Part shown: piece by piece, positions 60,588-64,000 of the stretch
Layout: each line of letters opens with the position of its first letter
Numbering within the stretch: position 1 is the first letter of the stretch
Virus record (IMG/VR): IMGVR_UViG_3300049601_000013
Coordinates: 1-64,000 of that record
Length of the DNA stretch: 64,000 nucleotides
Origin: a virus
Direction: 5' to 3' (one strand)
The notes under the pieces: model-generated
Seen by the model: the letters and a program-made list of their open reading frames with translations, nothing else
Databases searched by the model: none
Told to the model about the DNA's origin: nothing
Program-made: the position numbers and the translations under genes

Positions 60588-60884
60588 CTACTGAGGCGCT
60601 ACCCACCACACGTTGCGCATGTACCACCGGTCCGGGTTGCCCGCATCCAGCATGACGCGCAGTAGCTCGAGAAAGCAGTCGCGGTGCCACGTGCCCAGCG
60701 AGCTGGCATCCCGGTACATCGGCGTGCCGACGATCAGCCGCACGTTGCAGCGACGGCACTCACGGGTTACATCATCGGCCGACGACTCAGAGAGTGCACA
60801 CGCGTACTCCACCAGGTCGCCGCTCAGCGTCGGACGCAGCACCTCCACCATCGAGGGCCACTCAGACATGTTCATCACGAACAT
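60588..60884 (-). CDS. small CxxC...HxxC zinc-finger protein (paralog-like of 60255..60560)
   Basis: ECRRCNVRLIVGTPMYRDASSLGTWHRDCF. The ATG follows GGGAGACGCG. Confidence 0.45.
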   Translation of the reverse strand: MFVMNMSEWPSMVEVLRPTLSGDLVEYACALSESSADDVTRECRRCNVRLIVGTPMYRDASSLGTWHRDCFLELLRVMLDAGNPDRWYMRNVWWVAPQ

Positions 60885-60922
60885 CGCGTCTCCCGTCTCC
60901 GCCGGTTCGTGCTTGTGAGTCT

Positions 60923-60952
60923 AACGTAAACCACATAAGACTTAGTTGTCAA
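60923..60952 (-). promoter_or_regulatory. sigma70-like promoter (divergent partner)
   Basis: Minus-sense TTGACA (60947-60952), 18 nt spacer, TACGTT (60923-60928). Confidence 0.45.
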
Positions 60953-60955
60953 CCG

Positions 60956-60984
60956 TTGACACGGTGATGTACACGTGATATATT
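60956..60984 (+). promoter_or_regulatory. sigma70-like promoter (consensus-grade)
   Basis: TTGACA (60956-60961), 17 nt spacer, TATATT (60979-60984), with acgtga upstream of the -10. Confidence 0.7.
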
Positions 60985-61022
60985 GGAACCATCGACAACG
61001 ACACTGACAAGCGGAGGACACG

Positions 61023-61256
61023 ATGGCACGCATGATCACCGTTACCGTAGGCGACCTCGACGCGCACGACTTCGACACCGAGGTCGAGCTGATCGCCTAC
61101 GCGCTTGAGACCGTCGGAGAGTTTGCGTCCGACGTCGACGCGGAGGTGGATGTGACCCTCGAAGGCTTCAACCGCTGGGCCGCGTGGGTCAACGTCGAGG
61201 TAACGGGCGCCGACGAGGACGTCGCGCTGTTCAGCCGCCGCTGGTTCGAGGAGTGA
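61023..61256 (+). CDS. hypothetical acidic small protein
   Basis: ATG follows GCGGAGGACACG, behind the TTGACA-17-TATATT promoter. Confidence 0.5.
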   Translation: MARMITVTVGDLDAHDFDTEVELIAYALETVGEFASDVDAEVDVTLEGFNRWAAWVNVEVTGADEDVALFSRRWFEE

Positions 61257-61258
61257 GC

Positions 61259-61594
61259 ATGACATTCACGTTCAACCCGCGGGACCTGGCTCGTAAGATC
61301 GTACACGAGCTGGGTCACGCGGATGATCGACAGGTCGCCCTGTACGTGCAGGGTTACTGCATCAGCGTCGGCTCGGTGCTACCCGCCGACGTGGACGATT
61401 ACGACCGGCTGCTCAAGCATACGAGGCAGCTCGTGCGGACGGCTAAGATTCACCGCGTGGTCGTCCTGGAGGACGAGGACACGCCCGAGGTCCAGATGAG
61501 CACGTGCCCGTACGACTGCGGCGGATGTCACGACCTCGATGACTGCGAGTGTGGCAGCTGCCGCTTGTGGCGAAGGGAGCGCGACGATGAGTGA
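61259..61594 (+). CDS. hypothetical protein with C-terminal Cys cluster
   Basis: ATG 61259 follows GAGGAGTGAGC. The C-terminus reads CPYDCGGCHDLDDCECGSCRLW. Confidence 0.45.
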   Translation: MTFTFNPRDLARKIVHELGHADDRQVALYVQGYCISVGSVLPADVDDYDRLLKHTRQLVRTAKIHRVVVLEDEDTPEVQMSTCPYDCGGCHDLDDCECGSCRLWRRERDDE

Positions 61595-61871
61595 GATGAA
61601 GATCGGATTCACGGATCCCAAGGTGATCGCCGCTGTGATCATCGCCAATCACGGCCAGATGGCCTCACACGATGATGTGGTGACCATCACGTGGGATGCC
61701 TTGCGCGCCGTAGATGAAGACCCACGCGACCCGGCGTACGATGACTTGGTCGATCAAGTGAAGTTCCGCATCGCATCCGCTGAGGTCATCGTCCGCTGGA
61801 ACGATGATGACGATGACATCACGACTGACGTCTCGGATGCCGCCGCCTGTGATGGGCCGTGCTGCACCTGA
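61587..61871 (+). CDS. hypothetical acidic protein
   Basis: ATG 61587 overlaps the upstream stop (ATGA). 94 aa. Confidence 0.45.
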   Translation: MSEMKIGFTDPKVIAAVIIANHGQMASHDDVVTITWDALRAVDEDPRDPAYDDLVDQVKFRIASAEVIVRWNDDDDDITTDVSDAAACDGPCCT

Positions 61872-61897
61872 CACTCCGTCAACAACGCACGCTCGAG

Positions 61898-61925
61898 AGG
61901 CCGTTGCCCGCGAGGGCGGCGGCCT
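61898..61925 (+). terminator. bulged hairpin after gene 61587..61871
   Basis: AGGCCG..GCCC gcga GGGC..CGGCCT. No T-tract. Confidence 0.35.
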
Positions 61926-61941
61926 TCGTGCGCGCGACAAG

Positions 61942-61970
61942 TTGCGCTTTCAACCGTAACACGGTACGGT
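61942..61970 (+). promoter_or_regulatory. possible promoter overlapping a small hairpin
   Basis: TTGCGC, 17 nt spacer, TACGGT. The CAACCGTA/TACGGTTG hairpin (61951-61972) spans the spacer and the -10. Confidence 0.25.
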
Positions 61971-62057
61971 TGTCGTCAACCCATGACTAACCTGCCGCGT
62001 CTACGGCCGTACGAACGTGTCACCCACGGGGGATCGGAAGCAAGTTGAGGAGGCGCG

Positions 62058-62324
62058 GTGGACTGGGAAATTGCTCCCACCGACGACGGTAACTGCGGAG
62101 ACGCAAGTGCAACTCTCGTGTACCTCTACGGTGTGCTGATCATTCTCGCGGTGGTCATCGCGCTGGGCGAGTGGGTCGGCCGACGCGGCAAGCGTGGCCG
62201 GTCACACGATCAGCGCGACTCGGACTTTCGCGCGTACGTCGCCATGGCGGTCCTATGGCCACTCTTCATCATCACGGTGATCTTTATCGTCTTGTGGACC
62301 GCGCTTACGCGTCGCGCCTCGTGA
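62058..62324 (+). CDS. small membrane protein (2 TM)
   Basis: GTG follows GAGGAGGCGCG. Contains LVYLYGVLIILAVVIALGEWV and AMAVLWPLFIITVIFIVLWTAL. A terminator follows. Confidence 0.5.
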   Translation: MDWEIAPTDDGNCGDASATLVYLYGVLIILAVVIALGEWVGRRGKRGRSHDQRDSDFRAYVAMAVLWPLFIITVIFIVLWTALTRRAS

Positions 62325-62328
62325 TAAA

Positions 62329-62357
62329 GCGACCCACCCCCGTGCGGGGTGGGTCGC
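62329..62357 (+). terminator. hairpin terminator
   Basis: GCGACCCACCCC cgtgc GGGGTGGGTCGC, 5 nt after the stop at 62324. Confidence 0.65.
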
Positions 62358-62451
62358 CGGTGGTGGCGGTGGTGAGCCGCCGTGCCAGGTGGAACGCGAA
62401 CGTGAACCCTGACGTGCCTAGTGTATCACACTTCTCTACGTACGTCCATGG

Positions 62452-62480
62452 TTGCACTTTCATCCTTTGTGTGATATATT
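62452..62480 (+). promoter_or_regulatory. sigma70-like promoter
   Basis: TTGCAC, 17 nt spacer, TATATT with an extended -10 (tgtgtgaTATATTggtac). Confidence 0.6.
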
Positions 62481-62510
62481 GGTACTACCAACCAAACAAC
62501 AGGAGGCACC

Positions 62511-62699
62511 GTGGACCACCACACTCTCTTTCGCCTCGGCGTCCGCGTCGAGGACCGCGTAGGCAACCGAGGCACCGTCATCCAGGTGCCGTGGGAGAGC
62601 GTCGCGGGCTGGGTCTGCAAGGTCGCGTGGGACTCCGAGGCGATCACCGCATCTGGCTCCAGTAACGAGCGCACCGTGAACCTCACGGTTGTTCGCTGA
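62511..62699 (+). CDS. hypothetical small protein
   Basis: GTG follows AGGAGGCACC, behind the TTGCAC-17-TATATT promoter. Confidence 0.45.
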   Translation: MDHHTLFRLGVRVEDRVGNRGTVIQVPWESVAGWVCKVAWDSEAITASGSSNERTVNLTVVR

Positions 62700-62711
62700 G
62701 AGGAAGATCAC

Positions 62712-62849
62712 ATGGAGACGATCAGGCGTGACGGCAGCGGCTGGGCGTGGACCGCGAAGTGTGGTACCAGCGGCTCCGGCACATCCCGTGATGACGCGGT
62801 CAACCGGCTGCGCCTTCACAAGAACACCTGCCCGCAGTGTAAGCGCTAG
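62712..62849 (+). CDS. hypothetical 45-aa protein (below ORF-track cutoff), paralog of 62860..63012
   Basis: ATG follows GAGAGGAAGATCAC. Translates to METIRRDGSGWAWTAKCGTSGSGTSRDDAVNRLRLHKNTCPQCKR. Confidence 0.4.
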   Translation: METIRRDGSGWAWTAKCGTSGSGTSRDDAVNRLRLHKNTCPQCKR

Positions 62850-62859
62850 CGAGAGGATC

Positions 62860-63012
62860 ATGACCGTGGGAATGTCAAAGGTCATCAAGCACCCCGTACA
62901 CGGCACGTACACGTGGTACGCCGCGTGTGGCGCGTCGGGCGGCGGCTTCGGCGACAAGAAGAGCGCCGAGGTCGCGCTGCGACTGCACCAGGTCGGCTGC
63001 AAGAAGTGCTGA
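62860..63012 (+). CDS. hypothetical 50-aa protein, paralog of 62712..62849
   Basis: ATG follows GAGAGGATC. Translates to MTVGMSKVIKHPVHGTYTWYAACGASGGGFGDKKSAEVALRLHQVGCKKC. Confidence 0.4.
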   Translation: MTVGMSKVIKHPVHGTYTWYAACGASGGGFGDKKSAEVALRLHQVGCKKC

Positions 63013-63029
63013 CGTAGCACCGACACCGG

Positions 63030-63059
63030 GAAGGCCCGCCTCGAAGGAGGCGGGCCTTC
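63030..63059. terminator. bidirectional hairpin terminator between convergent genes
   Basis: GAAGGCCCGCCTC gaag GAGGCGGGCCTTC between stops 63012 (+) and 63072 (-). Confidence 0.7.
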
Positions 63060-63071
63060 GTCGTGCGCGGG

Positions 63072-64000
63072 TCAGGCGCGCAGCCACTCGGGGTTGTCAA
63101 CGTACCACCGCACCGTGTTCTCCAGCGACCGCTGGAGCGTCGTAGGTGGCATCCAGCCGAGCTTCATCCTGATCTTACCGCCGTCCAGCGCGTACCGCAG
63201 GTCGTGCCCCGGACGTGACGTGTGGAAGTCCGTGTAGACCGTAAGACTCTCCACGTATCGGTCGACGTCGATGTGAGGCACGTCCAGTGCGCCCAGGCGC
63301 TGGAGAATGTGAGCCACCGTGCGAACGAGCTCATCATTTGCGATCTCACGCTCGCCCACGACGTTGTACCGCGGAGGCAGCGCGTCGCCGTCCGAGTACG
63401 ACGTCGGCCTCCCGTGCATGGTGAGGTACATCCACGCGTCCGCGAGGTTGTCCGCGTGCAGGTAGAAGCGGCTGCCCGCCACGCCGTCGCGGTCCGCGTG
63501 CACGATGATCTCTTCGTCGTCCAGCAGCTTACGGATCACCATGGGCAGGAACTTCTCGGGATCCTGCCGCTCGCCGATGATGTTCATCGTGTTGGTGATC
63601 ACGATGGGCAAGTCGTACGTCCGCCAGTACGAGTAGGCGATGGCCTCCTGCGCCGCCTTGCTCGCGGAGTACGGGTTGCTCGGCAGGATCGTCTCCCACT
63701 CCCGGTGCCGGTGCTCGCCGGCCGCCGGGCCGTAGACCTCATCGGTCGACATCTGGAGAAAGATGTCAAGGTCATCCATTCGGCGCGCGGCGTCGAGCAC
63801 GTTCGTCATGAGCGCGACGTTGTTCTGGATGAACGACCCCGGCTCGATGATGGACCGATCGACGTGACTCGATGACGCGACGTTGAAGACGTAGCGGCAG
63901 CTTCCCCAGCGCTCCAGGATCGTCGGGCCGAGGGGAAGCGCCAGGTCGCAGGGCGTGATGAGCGTGCGTTCCCACGCGGCCTTGCCCGAGAGGTCATCAT
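63072..64000 (-). CDS. rmlB: dTDP-glucose 4,6-dehydratase (NDP-sugar dehydratase, SDR family), N-terminus beyond window
   Basis: MSTDEVYG, YSASKAAQE (YxxxK) and SRPGHDLRYALD. The frame stays open upstream of the listed Met to the window end (..VFNVASSSHVDRSIIEPGSFIQNNV..). Confidence 0.85.
   Translation of the reverse strand, partial: DDLSGKAAWERTLITPCDLALPLGPTILERWGSCRYVFNVASSSHVDRSIIEPGSFIQNNVALMTNVLDAARRMDDLDIFLQMSTDEVYGPAAGEHRHREWETILPSNPYSASKAAQEAIAYSYWRTYDLPIVITNTMNIIGERQDPEKFLPMVIRKLLDDEEIIVHADRDGVAGSRFYLHADNLADAWMYLTMHGRPTSYSDGDALPPRYNVVGEREIANDELVRTVAHILQRLGALDVPHIDVDRYVESLTVYTDFHTSRPGHDLRYALDGGKIRMKLGWMPPTTLQRSLENTVRWYVDNPEWLRA

Noticed and set aside
61872-62057. Possible tRNA or small RNA gene in the longest non-coding gaps (also 51388-51541, 62325-62510, 292-355)
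   Set aside because: The gaps are under 190 nt and are explained by terminator hairpins plus promoter elements. I could not fold a cloverleaf or see conserved tRNA boxes. A proper tRNAscan or Infernal run is still advisable.

Overview
The window looks like one contiguous piece of a high-GC (about 65% by eye) tailed dsDNA actinophage or prophage. Genes are densely packed and translationally coupled, with many ATGA/GTGA overlaps. No rRNA, tRNA, CRISPR array, integrase, transposase or terminase large subunit was recognised.

Layout:
- 1-19.4 kb (+): small DNA-binding proteins; a nucleotide-metabolism block (kinase/UDG-like fusion, ThyA-family enzyme, dCMP deaminase); replication and recombination genes (family-A DNA polymerase, RuvC-like resolvase, SNF2 helicase, Cas4-like nuclease, Sak4-like ATPase, SSB-like protein); a second modification block (GT-B glycosyltransferase, RGP/GT75-like glycosyltransferase, all-alpha NTP pyrophosphatase, C5 DNA methyltransferase); a lysis cassette; a DUF932 protein; and WhiB.
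- 19.4-50.5 kb (-): a glycosyltransferase/methyltransferase cassette; minor tail proteins; tape measure; frameshifted tail chaperones; head-tail connectors; capsid; a protease carrying an N-terminal 2H-phosphoesterase domain; three ADP-ribosyltransferase-domain proteins; and portal.
- 50.5-60.9 kb (-): short early or moron-like units (methyltransferase-like, membrane, HTH and zinc-finger proteins). Most sit behind a sigma70-like promoter and end in a hairpin.
- 61-63 kb (+): small genes.
- 63.07-64.0 kb (-): a truncated dTDP-glucose 4,6-dehydratase.

Most interesting candidates:
1. A T4-like cytosine replacement and glycosylation toolkit.
2. Three R-S-ExE ADP-ribosyltransferases plus a 2H phosphoesterase embedded in the head-assembly module, so they are predicted to be packaged cargo.
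3. A virion-glycosylation-type cassette paired with phage-encoded sugar-nucleotide metabolism.

Limits: all calls rest on motif recognition by eye and on the ORF track. No searches or statistics were run. Start codons and regulatory coordinates may be off by a few bases. The major tail protein is not confidently identified. Absence of a LysB-like esterase and the GW-G-DADG-PG wall-binding repeat suggest a non-mycolate host such as Streptomyces, but that is inference.
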